Below are positions 27,461 to 37,512 of a DNA stretch of 64,000 nucleotides, in pieces (position 1 is the stretch's first letter; each line of letters starts with the position of its first letter). The notes below the pieces were generated by a model. The model made no database searches. It saw only the letters and a program-made list of their open reading frames with translations, and was not told the origin of the DNA. The position numbers were made by a program, and so were the translations under genes. The stretch is from positions 5,280-69,279 of the forward strand of contig NZ_CALEMI010000138.1 in NCBI RefSeq assembly GCF_937910895.1. Reading direction: 5' to 3'. This stretch comes from an uncultured Dokdonia sp. GTDB lineage: Bacteria; Bacteroidota; Bacteroidia; Flavobacteriales; Flavobacteriaceae.

Positions 27461-29788
27461 TTGATTCATTATATAGAAAAATTTAAAAATGGGTGGCTTT
27501 GGGTAAAGAAAAAACCACTTAGAGCACTTATATATAGCTTACTCACTTTTTTAGCATTGGTGTTGGTATTGTTGTTTAGTATTTATATAGGATTATTTGG
27601 AAAGTTACCCACAAAAGCAGCACTAAAAAAACTTAAGAACCCTGTAACGTCTACCCTATTCGATTCAAAAAATCAAGCCATAGGCTATTATTTCTTACAA
27701 AACCGATCTAATGTAAATAGCAATCAAATTACAGAATTCTTAAAAAATGCCCTTGTTTCTACCGAAGATGTACGTTTTTATGAGCACAAAGGAATTGACT
27801 ACAAAAGCTATGGACGTGTTTTTGTGAAATCTATTTTAATGGGAGAAAACGCTGGAGGTGGTAGTACCATTACACAGCAGGTAGCAAAAAATCTCTTTGG
27901 AAGAAAAAAACAATTTTTTTTAAGTACCCCCATTAATAAGTTTAGAGAAATGTTTATTGCAAGGCGACTTGAATCTGTTTATACCAAAGATGAAATCTTA
28001 CTACTGTATTTTAATACGGTTTCTTTTGGTGAAAATCTGTACGGTATAGAAAAAGCATCTCATCGATTTTTTAATAAGCTCCCAGAAAGTTTATCCTTGG
28101 CAGAAAGTGCTACACTTGTAGGGGTATTAAAAGCCCCTAGTTATTATAGTCCGCGTAACCATCCAGAAAGAGCAGAACGCAGGAGAAATGTTGTTCTATC
28201 ACAAATGGAAAAATATGGCGTTTTAACAGAAGAAGAAAAAAAGAAAGCAAAAATCCCTTTGGTCATCAACTATCAACCCCCTAAAAAAACATCTTCATTT
28301 TCTACCTACTACAAAGATTATGTAGAAACCGAATTTAATGAATGGGCCAAAAATAATCCTGCAGCAGATGGTCATACCTATAATCTTCATAGCGATGGCT
28401 TACAAGTCTACACCACACTCAATAAGTCTATTCAAAACAGTTCTGAGAAAGCATTACAAAGACAGGTAGAAAACTTACAAAAGCTTATGGATACCTATTG
28501 GGCAGCGACTACAACAGAAGGAGGAAAAGAAGCGCTCCTAGATAAACTCGTAGCTGATTTGCCCTCTGTAAAAGTATTAAAATCTAAAGGTACCAGTGAA
28601 GCTGATGTTACTACATTTACTACAACTCCAAAAGAAAGAAAGTTTTGGAAAATTGGTCAAGGGTATGAACCAAGAGTACAATCATTACGAGACTCTATTG
28701 CGACAAGCCTTACAAGATTACACGCTGCCATTATTGCCATAAATAGCAGGTCTGGTGCTATCATGGGTTATGTTGGAGGTATTGATTATGGTTTTAGTCA
28801 GATAGATAATATCACAAACCCAAAACAAGTAGGGTCTACATTTAAACCCATCACCTATTTGGCAGCATTAGAAACAGGAGAAGATCCATGTAAATATTAT
28901 GACAATACTTTACAAACCTACACAAAGTATGAAAATTGGAGACCAAAAAATTCAAATGGTCGCTATGGGGGAAGTTATAGCATGCACGGCGCATTGGCAA
29001 ATTCGGTAAATACCGTATCGGTACAATTACAGTTAAAAGTGGGTGTTGAACGTGTGAAAGTGCAGGCAAAAAAAATGGGGATAACCACCTCATTGCCAAA
29101 TGTCCCTAGTATGGTATTAGGAACTTCATATTTAACACCTCTTGAAATGGTGACGGCTTATGCTAGTATTTCTAATGGAGGGACACGCATAAACCCCTAT
29201 GCCATTGAACGTATAGAAGATGAAAATGGTACAATAATCTATCAACGTAAAACAAAAAATGAAGGCCGAGTAGCAAGTCTTAAAAATATCAAAAACCTTC
29301 AAAAAATGATGGAAGAGGTTATTACAGATGGGACTGCATCAGGAATAAAAGCGTATGACATCAACTTCAATATTATTGGAAAAACGGGTACTACACAAAA
29401 TAATGGTGACGGCTGGTTTATAGGAGCCTCTCCAGAAATTGTGATAGGTGCATGGGTGGGAACCCGAGATAAACGAGTACATTTTGAAAGAACGTATATG
29501 GGCTCTGGTGCAAATACAGCTATGCCTATGGTGGCATCTGTTTTTAAAGGACTTAGTTTATGGAAATCTCCAATACTGACGAATTTTGAATATGATTTTG
29601 ATTATTTTCCTTGTGCATCTTTTTTAGAAATGCCATCACAAGAAGCTACACTATTTACACAAACAGATACTACCTATGTATACCATTTAAAAAGAAAAGA
29701 TTCTATTTTAATAAATAATAAAGCTCCTGTAACAAAAGACTCTATAGTCGTTGATACTGTCTCAAAACCTATACAAATTAATAAGTAA
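27461..29788 (+). CDS. class A penicillin-binding protein (transglycosylase/transpeptidase, PBP1A family)
   Basis: EDVRFYEHKG, GGSTITQQVAKN, STFK, SVN, KTG. Confidence 0.93.
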   Translation: MIHYIEKFKNGWLWVKKKPLRALIYSLLTFLALVLVLLFSIYIGLFGKLPTKAALKKLKNPVTSTLFDSKNQAIGYYFLQNRSNVNSNQITEFLKNALVSTEDVRFYEHKGIDYKSYGRVFVKSILMGENAGGGSTITQQVAKNLFGRKKQFFLSTPINKFREMFIARRLESVYTKDEILLLYFNTVSFGENLYGIEKASHRFFNKLPESLSLAESATLVGVLKAPSYYSPRNHPERAERRRNVVLSQMEKYGVLTEEEKKKAKIPLVINYQPPKKTSSFSTYYKDYVETEFNEWAKNNPAADGHTYNLHSDGLQVYTTLNKSIQNSSEKALQRQVENLQKLMDTYWAATTTEGGKEALLDKLVADLPSVKVLKSKGTSEADVTTFTTTPKERKFWKIGQGYEPRVQSLRDSIATSLTRLHAAIIAINSRSGAIMGYVGGIDYGFSQIDNITNPKQVGSTFKPITYLAALETGEDPCKYYDNTLQTYTKYENWRPKNSNGRYGGSYSMHGALANSVNTVSVQLQLKVGVERVKVQAKKMGITTSLPNVPSMVLGTSYLTPLEMVTAYASISNGGTRINPYAIERIEDENGTIIYQRKTKNEGRVASLKNIKNLQKMMEEVITDGTASGIKAYDINFNIIGKTGTTQNNGDGWFIGASPEIVIGAWVGTRDKRVHFERTYMGSGANTAMPMVASVFKGLSLWKSPILTNFEYDFDYFPCASFLEMPSQEATLFTQTDTTYVYHLKRKDSILINNKAPVTKDSIVVDTVSKPIQINK

Positions 29789-29811
29789 TAAGCACTTTTT
29801 TTAAGGGTTTT

Positions 29812-30700
29812 CTACTTTTTATCAACTATTTTTTGATAAGCTTCGACTAGCTTGCTACGAGCTCTTTTCAATCGCATTTTTACAGTATTTTACTAATATT
29901 TGATAATCTTTTTAATTGTCCTTAGAGTAGTATCATCTTGATATTTTAATAGTTAAATAGCTTTTTCTTGAAGTGGTATTATATCTAATACCTTTTTAAG
30001 TAAGTCAATTCAAAGTTCAAAGAGATTTTTATCTGTAACATCTTCTATTCCAGATATACGATACATATGAAAATCTATTAAATAGGTTATTTTAGATTTT
30101 TTTCTTGTGATCTCTATTTAACGTGAGTTCGATATAAGCTTTTCTTCTTTTTCTCCAGTATACGACAGAATGTAAGTTCTGGGCGAGATGAGGCGGGGCA
30201 ATTTCCGTTAAAAAATTTTTGAAGCCTTGGAAACGACAAAGTGTTAGCTTTGGGCGAGGAGAAGCGATGGCAGAAACTTCTTGTGGTTTTTCGCTTCAAG
30301 CGAAAAAATACCTAAGAAATCGAAGATTCATAAGTTCCAAAATTTAAGATAGAAATCACACGCATAAAAAGCGTCTTTTCTTTTGGTTCGGTTTTCTTTG
30401 AACGAGCAAAGAAAATGAAAAAATAACCTGAATTTAAGCTGATTACATTAAATTTTAACGTAATCACTTTAAAAGACTTACTAATTTTTTAAGTCGAACT
30501 CACGTTATTCACATAGTTTACACAAAAGTTATACATAAAACCAAGTAGAAAATTTAGACTCTCCCTGAAAAGTAGATAGCTTAATTATTTTTTTTTAAAC
30601 ATCATGAATAAGGTCTTCTGCTTCTGATTGGTTTTTTGAAAAATAGTAGCATTGATTGTATATTTTTTTTGAATAGCGATCGTAAAGAATAGAAAAAGGA
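29812..30700 (-). pseudogene. ECF sigma factor pseudogene split by a MITE
   Basis: Region 2 remnant LYDRYSKKIYNQCYYFSKNQSEAEDLIHDV*..TFQGESKFSTWF..NFCVNYVN at 30510-30700; region 4 remnant EDVTDKNLFEL*IDLLKK..EKAI*LLKYQDD..VKMRLKRARSKL at 29812-30116. Colinear with the intact sigma at 37513. Confidence 0.9.
30119..30507. mobile_element. 389-bp non-autonomous MITE with 14-bp perfect TIRs
   Basis: TAACGTGAGTTCGA (30119-30132) and TCGAACTCACGTTA (30494-30507), flanked by TT on each side; removing it restores in-frame N-Y-V-N-R-D. Confidence 0.88.
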
Positions 30701-31200
30701 ATCTGTATTATTAGAACCTCTAAGACTAGCGTGAGATATCTTCATTTTTTTACATCAAGTGAGGCTGGGTCCTGTAAGTCAGATAATGTACTATCTGAAT
30801 TCCCTTCTAGAGATAGCTATGTAGAATCGGTGAGTATTACTGTTGTAGAAACCGCTATGACACTCCCTTAAAATCTGATCTACCACTCATAGAAATTACG
30901 GTGTTCTCCGTACGGGCTTTTAGTTTACCCCCTGAATTATCTTGCATAGTCACTGTCATCCTATCTGCTTTGACATCTAACTCAAACATATTAGATTAAT
31001 ATACTTGAATATCCAATTGTTCAGACTCGACGAGACTTTTACCTTCTACACGAGCATCATTATGAAGAGTACTGTACTCAAGATTTATAAAATCAAGAGT
31101 AATCGCTAATTTTCTTTCACTACTTGTAATTTTATAAGAACTATAAATTGTAAGAATGTTTGTTTTTATAACAACCGAATAATCCACAGGTTTTAAAGAA
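30701..31200 (-). pseudogene. GIN-domain (DUF2807) pseudogene
   Basis: RKLAITLDFINLE..NDARVEG..*SNMFELDVK..NSGGKLKAR..DST*LSLEGNSDS, colinear with 36434-37267; two in-frame stops, a frameshift, both ends lost. Confidence 0.88.
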
Positions 31201-31248
31201 GTGAACTTTTATATGTCTTATTTTAGAAAATACAAGTGCTATAAATGC

Positions 31249-32517
31249 CTAGCTATTATCTTGCTCTATCGCAGGTGCTTTCCATTTGATTGTTTTTACC
31301 TCATTTTGGTTTGCTATGTTCAACGCTTTAGAGCTTCGTTTTTTGTCAAAAATCATAGCGCCTGTCATAATCAAGCTAGTTCCTATAATCACAAATAATA
31401 AGATTCCAGGTTCAAAAGCGGCTATTTGTGCTTCTACAGGAATGGCATAAAAAAGTAATACGGTAATCAAACCTCTTGGTGCTATAAATAACTGTGGCAA
31501 AATATCCTTTCCTACAAATATTCTAAGTATAATAAAACGTATAGCATAAATAGAAGCAATAATTAACGTACTTATAATCGCAACATCAAAATTAAAAAGG
31601 GAAGATACCACGATCGTAATTCCAAAAACAACAAAGAAAAACGTACGCACAACAAAAGCGGTTTCTGCTGTGATTGTATGTAACTCGTGATAGATATAAT
31701 GTGCTTTTTCAAAATGTAAAAACTTCTTTAACTTTCCAGCAAAAAATAATTTCATATTAGCAATCACCAATCCAAAGATTAAAATGATAAGAAGTGATGA
31801 CAAGTGCATTTTTTTACCTAATGCATACAGTAAGAGTAGTACTGCAATTAGTAGGAATAATTTAACATGACTTTTTATTTTCTGAAAAATAAGAATCAAA
31901 GCATAGCTAGCTACTAAAGAAATCACAATAGTCAATATAATGTTACCTGTAAAACCAATCACCCCTGAGTCTTCTGCAGGGTTTAATTTGCCCGTCAGGA
32001 AGTAAAACATCATGATGCCAACGATATCTGAAAAGGTACTTTCATAGATATGAAATTCCTTTTTTGCTACTTTAAGACCACTCACACTTGGAATAATAAT
32101 CGCACTAGAAAGTATAGATAATGGGGTGGCATATAGCCAAGCTGACTCCATTGTCATTCCGGGAATAAAGTTATAGAGAATCAATGCTGCAATCCATGCA
32201 GAAACGATAAGTCCTATAATAGCAATAGCAAACGACTTTAGGATAGGCATTAACTTCTCTCGTTTAAGCTCTAATTCTAATGCAGCTTCTAACACAATCA
32301 TAATCAGACCTACAATACCAAGTACCTCTAGAATAGGTAAAAACTTTATTTCTCCAGCATTAAAATATTTTAATAAATATTGTAATCCTACCCCAAATAT
32401 AATAAGCATCAATACAGCAGGAATATTCGTTTTTTTAGAAATACTATTGAATAAAAATGAAACAATAATAATGACAGACACCTCAATGATGAGGTTATAG
32501 GATGATAATACTTCCAT
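31249..32517 (-). CDS. cation:proton antiporter, CPA1/NhaP-like
   Basis: About 12 TM; IVLEAALEL, YESTFSDIVG, APRGLITVLL. Confidence 0.85.
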   Translation of the reverse strand: MEVLSSYNLIIEVSVIIIVSFLFNSISKKTNIPAVLMLIIFGVGLQYLLKYFNAGEIKFLPILEVLGIVGLIMIVLEAALELELKREKLMPILKSFAIAIIGLIVSAWIAALILYNFIPGMTMESAWLYATPLSILSSAIIIPSVSGLKVAKKEFHIYESTFSDIVGIMMFYFLTGKLNPAEDSGVIGFTGNIILTIVISLVASYALILIFQKIKSHVKLFLLIAVLLLLYALGKKMHLSSLLIILIFGLVIANMKLFFAGKLKKFLHFEKAHYIYHELHTITAETAFVVRTFFFVVFGITIVVSSLFNFDVAIISTLIIASIYAIRFIILRIFVGKDILPQLFIAPRGLITVLLFYAIPVEAQIAAFEPGILLFVIIGTSLIMTGAMIFDKKRSSKALNIANQNEVKTIKWKAPAIEQDNS

Positions 32518-33233
32518 TAGTTGGTTGTGTTGAGTGTTTTGTTAGAAATAATATTTTTTTCTTCAAGGAAGGCGATGAGATCTTCTGAAGAGGCTCCTTT
32601 TTCTAATGAATACTGAAGCTTGTATACGTGATCTTGACCTGAAGATTTTATCGTAGGAAACTCTTCATTATTTAATATCGGGTTGTCAAATAAAATATCT
32701 AGAATCGTATCTTTAGGTAGCTGTGATTCTATATATAAGGTTTGCCTTAGAAGGCTATTTTCAATTGATTTTACTAAGAATCCTTTTTGCTCAATCTCTG
32801 AATAGTTCATGTAACGTTCACCACTTTCCGTATTCATGACAATACCAAAAGCAAGCATCCGTTTGATTTCTCCTTGAAATGTATTGGACTCTAATACAGC
32901 TCTTTCTTTAATTAAAGGATTGGTTTTTAAAACAATCCCATTTATATAGTTATTAATATGCTTAAAGCCAAAAACTCCGATGACCACCAGAAATATGGTA
33001 TGGTTTAAGGGATTAATAGAGATAAGGTCTAGTAATAATAAGAGTACGGCAAAAGGCTTAAAAAACAAAAGCGCTCTTTTCAATTGATCTGTAATTTTTC
33101 TATTGGTAGCGTTTTTCTTTGTAAAACGCTTCACAGCATACACAAACGCTTTTAGTAACCAATAGCAGAGTATCAGCAAGATAAGTAATGCAAAAAAGCC
33201 CTCCCAGGTATTTATGGTATCCATTGTTTCCAT
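32517..33233 (-). CDS. hypothetical membrane protein, possibly a divergent MscS-like subunit
   Basis: Three N-terminal TM helices followed by a beta-rich region (FQGEIKRMLAFGIVMNT). Confidence 0.7.
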   Translation of the reverse strand: METMDTINTWEGFFALLILLILCYWLLKAFVYAVKRFTKKNATNRKITDQLKRALLFFKPFAVLLLLLDLISINPLNHTIFLVVIGVFGFKHINNYINGIVLKTNPLIKERAVLESNTFQGEIKRMLAFGIVMNTESGERYMNYSEIEQKGFLVKSIENSLLRQTLYIESQLPKDTILDILFDNPILNNEEFPTIKSSGQDHVYKLQYSLEKGASSEDLIAFLEEKNIISNKTLNTTN

Positions 33234-35608
33234 TAGTTTAAGGTTCCTCTATAGATTAAAATATCTTTTACATCATTTATGATGACTGGATTAATATAGA
33301 GTTGTGATCTTTGATTTCTAAGAAGTACTTTGAGATTTGTCAATCGTTTTAAACTTGATTTGTAGTTACTCTCAAAGTGCGTTTCTACATAGGTTTTTAA
33401 CCGTAGTTCGTGCATCTCTTTATGAAGAAATACAAACTTTAAAACAATAACCTCTTCAAGTGTAAAGAAGTCATAAAAAGAGTATCCTTTAGGGTTGTAA
33501 ATAACTTGGTTGTCTTCTATCAGCGTAGTTCCGTAGGTCCATGATTGAAGTACTTCACCTATATTATAGTGACAGTCTCTAGCAAGTTTTAATACCTGCG
33601 ATTCTATTTGTTTTTTTGAAAGTATTTCTTTTTTTTCTGAAACAAGCACTTTATGTGAGGCACCATGTCGTATTAAAAATGCTTTATGAATTTCTTCAAA
33701 AGAAGCTTTTTCTAAGGTAATGTGTGTACTAAAACTATCTGTAAATGATAAACGCTGATCTAATAGTTTTCGCATTTGTCTGGAAATACTAACAATGATC
33801 AGTACCCTATCTGATTCAGATTCTACAAAACGTAATAACGCTCTCATATTTTCGAGCAATGAATGCGTGTCATCTTGCCAAAACTCTAAATCATCAATCA
33901 CTAATAATGGTCGGATACCTGACAGATTTTTTTTGATGTTTCGGAGTGCTTCCCTAATATTTTTTGTGGTCTGTATTTTTCTTCCTTCAAAAGGGATACT
34001 ACTGTCTACCTTTAAGAAAATGGTATGTCTTTTAAAGTGTTTCTGTGAGATATTTTCTAAGAATGTAGACTTCCCACTTAACGGACTTCCTTCTAACAAA
34101 ACCGCTTTATTAAAACCGTTGTCCCAATCTGTTTTAGCTTTCGCGAAAGCGGACTCTTGCGATTCTCTACTAACAATAAATTGGTCTCCTATAAAATTCT
34201 TATTTAAAAATAAGGTGTCATAGTGTGCATTTGCTTCTTTAAACATCCTGTAAGAAACACAACTGATGGATTGATCTATGAGACTCTGATTTGAAAATAA
34301 TGTACCGCTTTCATATTTAGAATTCAGTGCATTTATTCGTTTTGTGATACTATTTTTTACAGCTGTAAAAATAGATCCTTGACTACTTGCAAATTGCGAT
34401 AATGAAGATTGTATAGAAACATCTAAAAAATCTTCATCACTGTATATAAGTGTTGCTTGAAATTGCTCCTCAATCTTACCTGTGATTTCTTCAATAGTTT
34501 TATGTAACTCTTCATCCTGAATAGTAAGCGTTTGATGCACGTTTTTTAATGCTTGTAATTGAGAAGGCATCGCACCAAGTGTATCATGGCCTTTCTCTAC
34601 AAGAAGACTACTTTTAAGATTTAATAAGCTATGATTAAAAAGCGTCTCCATCGTATTTTTTTGTTCCCACAAATCCATAAATAAGGGAATGATCTCAAAA
34701 TCAAACCATTTTTTTACGGCTTTGTTAAAATCAATATGTCTCGTAAGTAACAGACCATTTTCTGTAGCGACGGGTAGCGTTATTGTGGTGAGTACTTTTA
34801 CCTTTTCTTCTAAGTTTTTTGTATACTCGGTTTGTACAAGGTCTTTTGGGTTTTCTATAATGGCATGAGTTATCCAAGTGATCCGTTTAGGAATATCACT
34901 TGTGGTCGTCATATCATTGATAGACCCAATGGTCTCTCCAAGCAATTTAATTACTTTTTTAGACGTATCACTAGTATACAAAGCAGTATCTATAGTATAT
35001 TGCCCAATTTTTTTAAATGAAGTAATCGTCCTCGTCATTGGACCATGACTTTGTATGATTTCTTTAATTTGCTGGGTAGTTTTTATAAACTGTTCGCTGT
35101 AGACAGGCCAAGCATTTTTTTGATGCCTAATGTTATCACGTAATTTTTCATTCGTTTTTTGAGAATCATATATGGCTGCTCGTTCTTCTTTGAGATGTTG
35201 TATTGCATATTGCGTTGCTTCTGTGATGATCTGTACAGAAGCGACTACATGATTGTTTACGCTAACGTTATCTATACCTCCTTCAAGTTCTTTAAGTTCA
35301 GCAATTTCTAACTGAAGCATCACATCTCTATGCAATAAGAATACGTCTTTATATATTTTGGAAAAAGCATAGTGTAGCAAGTACACTTCATTTGTAGGAA
35401 CATCATGAGATGCGTTTATACGATCAAATTCTTGATTTCCTATTGCTAAGTAATCACTAGAAAGTTGTAAAAAATCTTCTTTGATGTACTGTTGTAATGC
35501 TTCGCTGGAACCTATTGTAGATAAGGTGGCTACGTAGTGTTCCATTTTTTTGAGAAACATTTCTGAAGCAACTATATCATCTACTTCTAATGATTGATTT
35601 TCCTGCAT
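33233..35608 (-). CDS. P-loop ATP-binding protein with a long helical N-terminus
   Basis: Walker A GSPLSGKST, Walker B LLVIDDLE. Confidence 0.8.
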   Translation of the reverse strand: MQENQSLEVDDIVASEMFLKKMEHYVATLSTIGSSEALQQYIKEDFLQLSSDYLAIGNQEFDRINASHDVPTNEVYLLHYAFSKIYKDVFLLHRDVMLQLEIAELKELEGGIDNVSVNNHVVASVQIITEATQYAIQHLKEERAAIYDSQKTNEKLRDNIRHQKNAWPVYSEQFIKTTQQIKEIIQSHGPMTRTITSFKKIGQYTIDTALYTSDTSKKVIKLLGETIGSINDMTTTSDIPKRITWITHAIIENPKDLVQTEYTKNLEEKVKVLTTITLPVATENGLLLTRHIDFNKAVKKWFDFEIIPLFMDLWEQKNTMETLFNHSLLNLKSSLLVEKGHDTLGAMPSQLQALKNVHQTLTIQDEELHKTIEEITGKIEEQFQATLIYSDEDFLDVSIQSSLSQFASSQGSIFTAVKNSITKRINALNSKYESGTLFSNQSLIDQSISCVSYRMFKEANAHYDTLFLNKNFIGDQFIVSRESQESAFAKAKTDWDNGFNKAVLLEGSPLSGKSTFLENISQKHFKRHTIFLKVDSSIPFEGRKIQTTKNIREALRNIKKNLSGIRPLLVIDDLEFWQDDTHSLLENMRALLRFVESESDRVLIIVSISRQMRKLLDQRLSFTDSFSTHITLEKASFEEIHKAFLIRHGASHKVLVSEKKEILSKKQIESQVLKLARDCHYNIGEVLQSWTYGTTLIEDNQVIYNPKGYSFYDFFTLEEVIVLKFVFLHKEMHELRLKTYVETHFESNYKSSLKRLTNLKVLLRNQRSQLYINPVIINDVKDILIYRGTLN
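34137..34150. repeat. palindrome copy 6 (in CDS, AFAKA)
   Basis: Perfect 14-mer. Confidence 0.9.
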
Positions 35609-35663
35609 AGTGTGGGTTCCTATTTGTACAACATTTTCTTTAAAGATAAAACCTATATTTGAA

Positions 35664-35691
35664 TGAGACCCTTATTTTTTAAAAAAGTCAC
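35664..35691 (-). promoter_or_regulatory. putative ECF-sigma promoter, site 7
   Basis: GTGAC-N17-GTCTCA, 56 bp before the 35608 start. Confidence 0.7.
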
Positions 35692-35770
35692 TTCTCACTA
35701 AATTTTCAAAGAAAAACGTTTATATTATTGAATTAAGAAATAGCTTTGCATAAAATATGCATCAACTAAA

Positions 35771-36295
35771 ATGAGCCCTTATCAAGAGAAACTACTGTAC
35801 ACCTTTATACTTCTAATTGCAGTACTTGTGGTTATACTTATCACAAAAAAAGCAATTAGTAGGTTTGGTCTTGTTCGATCTATTGAAGTGAACCGAAGAA
35901 AGGTTATTTACTACCTAAGCTACATGATTATTTACCTTATTGCTGGTTCTGCTTTGGCATTTATTTGGGGGTTTGAATTTAGACAAATTGTCATTGCACT
36001 TTCTTCTGTGTTGGCCGTTTTGGGCGTTGGCTTTTTTGCACAATGGTCTATCCTATCTAATTTAACAGCAAGTGTTATTCTCTTTTTCAATCACCCTATT
36101 CGTATTGGAGATAGAATAACAATTATAGATAAGGACTATAACTATACTGGTATTATTATTGACATTACAGGATTTTTCTTATTTATGAGAACAGATACAG
36201 GAAAAAACATCACGATCCCCACTTCTATAGTCATGCAAAAAGGGATTGAGATTTTAGATAAACTGGAAACTGGCGATGAAGAAGATCACGATTAA
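35771..36295 (+). CDS. small MscS-family mechanosensitive channel protein
   Basis: LSNLTASVILFFNHPIRIGDRI..G.IIDITGFF; TAGCTTTG sigma-A-type -7 box at 35741. Confidence 0.88.
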   Translation: MSPYQEKLLYTFILLIAVLVVILITKKAISRFGLVRSIEVNRRKVIYYLSYMIIYLIAGSALAFIWGFEFRQIVIALSSVLAVLGVGFFAQWSILSNLTASVILFFNHPIRIGDRITIIDKDYNYTGIIIDITGFFLFMRTDTGKNITIPTSIVMQKGIEILDKLETGDEEDHD

Positions 36296-36370
36296 ATACT
36301 AATTTTCAACTAGTTATCTTTTTACAGAAAGTTCTAATACACAGTAATCCTATACTGTTTTATAAAAAAA

Positions 36371-36392
36371 GAGCCTTCAAATTTGAAGGCTC
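36371..36392 (-). terminator. intrinsic terminator of the GIN gene
   Basis: GAGCCTTCAA-AT-TTGAAGGCTC with an adjacent A7 (T7 on minus strand). Confidence 0.75.
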
Positions 36393-36433
36393 CCGAAGAG
36401 ATATACTTTTAGAATTACCAAAGATACCCGCTC

Positions 36434-37267
36434 CTATTTTTTTATGATTTTTGATTTATCTGTTAATCCTTTCACTTCAATTTTAGGATCTCCATACACA
36501 TAAATATTACTTTTCCCCTCTGCAAATAATTCTAGATCCTTTCCTGCATATACATACACATCTGCATTATTTGAAGCATATAAGTTTACAGATGAAACTT
36601 TCATTTTCTTAGCATCAAGTTCTGCTCCATCTTTCAAATTAAAAGCAGCACTGTCTGAATCTCCTTCTAACTTTAACTGTGCTGTATCTGTTAAATTAAC
36701 TGTTGTTTCTTCTCCAACAATCGCCGCCTTAAGATCAGTCCTATCATTCATTGTAATTATTGCATTTGTAGCTCTTGCCTTTAATTTACCACCAGCATTG
36801 CGTTGCATCATAATGATTAATTCTTCTACTTCAATATCTATTTCAAATACACTAGAATCAAAGGCATTAATATATAATACTTCAGATTCAATTCGTCCTT
36901 CCCCTTCAATCTTAGCATCATTTTTTAGGGTAATGTGTTCTATATTCATAAAATCTAAGCTTATTTCAAGTTTCCTACTGCTTGTAATTTCGTTAGATGT
37001 ATAAATTCTTAAAACACTATCTATTACTTTAAACTGAACAATATCTTGAAGATTTTTATCTGTCGTTAATGTATACCCATTTTGCTCACCTTGCACTAAG
37101 GTTACTTCAAGTGCATCATCAATTTCTAAAGAATTAAAACTAGCCATTATGGTGTTTGTCATAGTGACCACATCTTTATCACCTTTTATTTTAGGTTTCT
37201 TTTGTGCGTATATACTTGTTGATATGATAAGAAATACGATAAGTATTATTGATTTTTTCATGTTCAT
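36434..37267 (-). CDS. head GIN-domain (DUF2807) secreted protein
   Basis: Signal peptide; KPKIKGDKDVV, beta-helix-like repeats, GKSNIYVYGDP. Confidence 0.85.
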   Translation of the reverse strand: MNMKKSIILIVFLIISTSIYAQKKPKIKGDKDVVTMTNTIMASFNSLEIDDALEVTLVQGEQNGYTLTTDKNLQDIVQFKVIDSVLRIYTSNEITSSRKLEISLDFMNIEHITLKNDAKIEGEGRIESEVLYINAFDSSVFEIDIEVEELIIMMQRNAGGKLKARATNAIITMNDRTDLKAAIVGEETTVNLTDTAQLKLEGDSDSAAFNLKDGAELDAKKMKVSSVNLYASNNADVYVYAGKDLELFAEGKSNIYVYGDPKIEVKGLTDKSKIIKK

Positions 37268-37305
37268 TTTAATTATTAAAAACCATATTAGGGTCTATAC
37301 ACATC

Positions 37306-37333
37306 TAAGACACCATATATTTTAAAAAGTCAC
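37306..37333 (-). promoter_or_regulatory. putative ECF-sigma promoter, site 8
   Basis: GTGAC-N17-GTCTTA, 39 bp before the 37267 start. Confidence 0.7.
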
Positions 37334-37352
37334 TTTCTAGTTTGGTTTTTTT

Positions 37353-37366
37353 GCTTTCGCGAAAGC
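37353..37366. repeat. palindrome copy 7 (divergent intergenic)
   Basis: Perfect 14-mer, extends to 22 bp. Confidence 0.9.
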
Positions 37367-37512
37367 AAAACCCTTCTCTTTATAAGTAATCGCCTTAAAA
37401 TCGAATAATCAAGTGGTAATACACTATAAAAGAAATGAGGTGTTTTTGTTTGATACGGTCTATTATTTTTTACCTTTAGATCATTAAATAACACGACGCT
37501 CCAACCAATATC

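Noticed and set aside
30114-30299. 61-aa ORF
   Set aside because: Lies within the MITE; no transposase similarity.
30996-31187. 63-aa ORF as a stand-alone gene
   Set aside because: It is a fragment of the GIN pseudogene.
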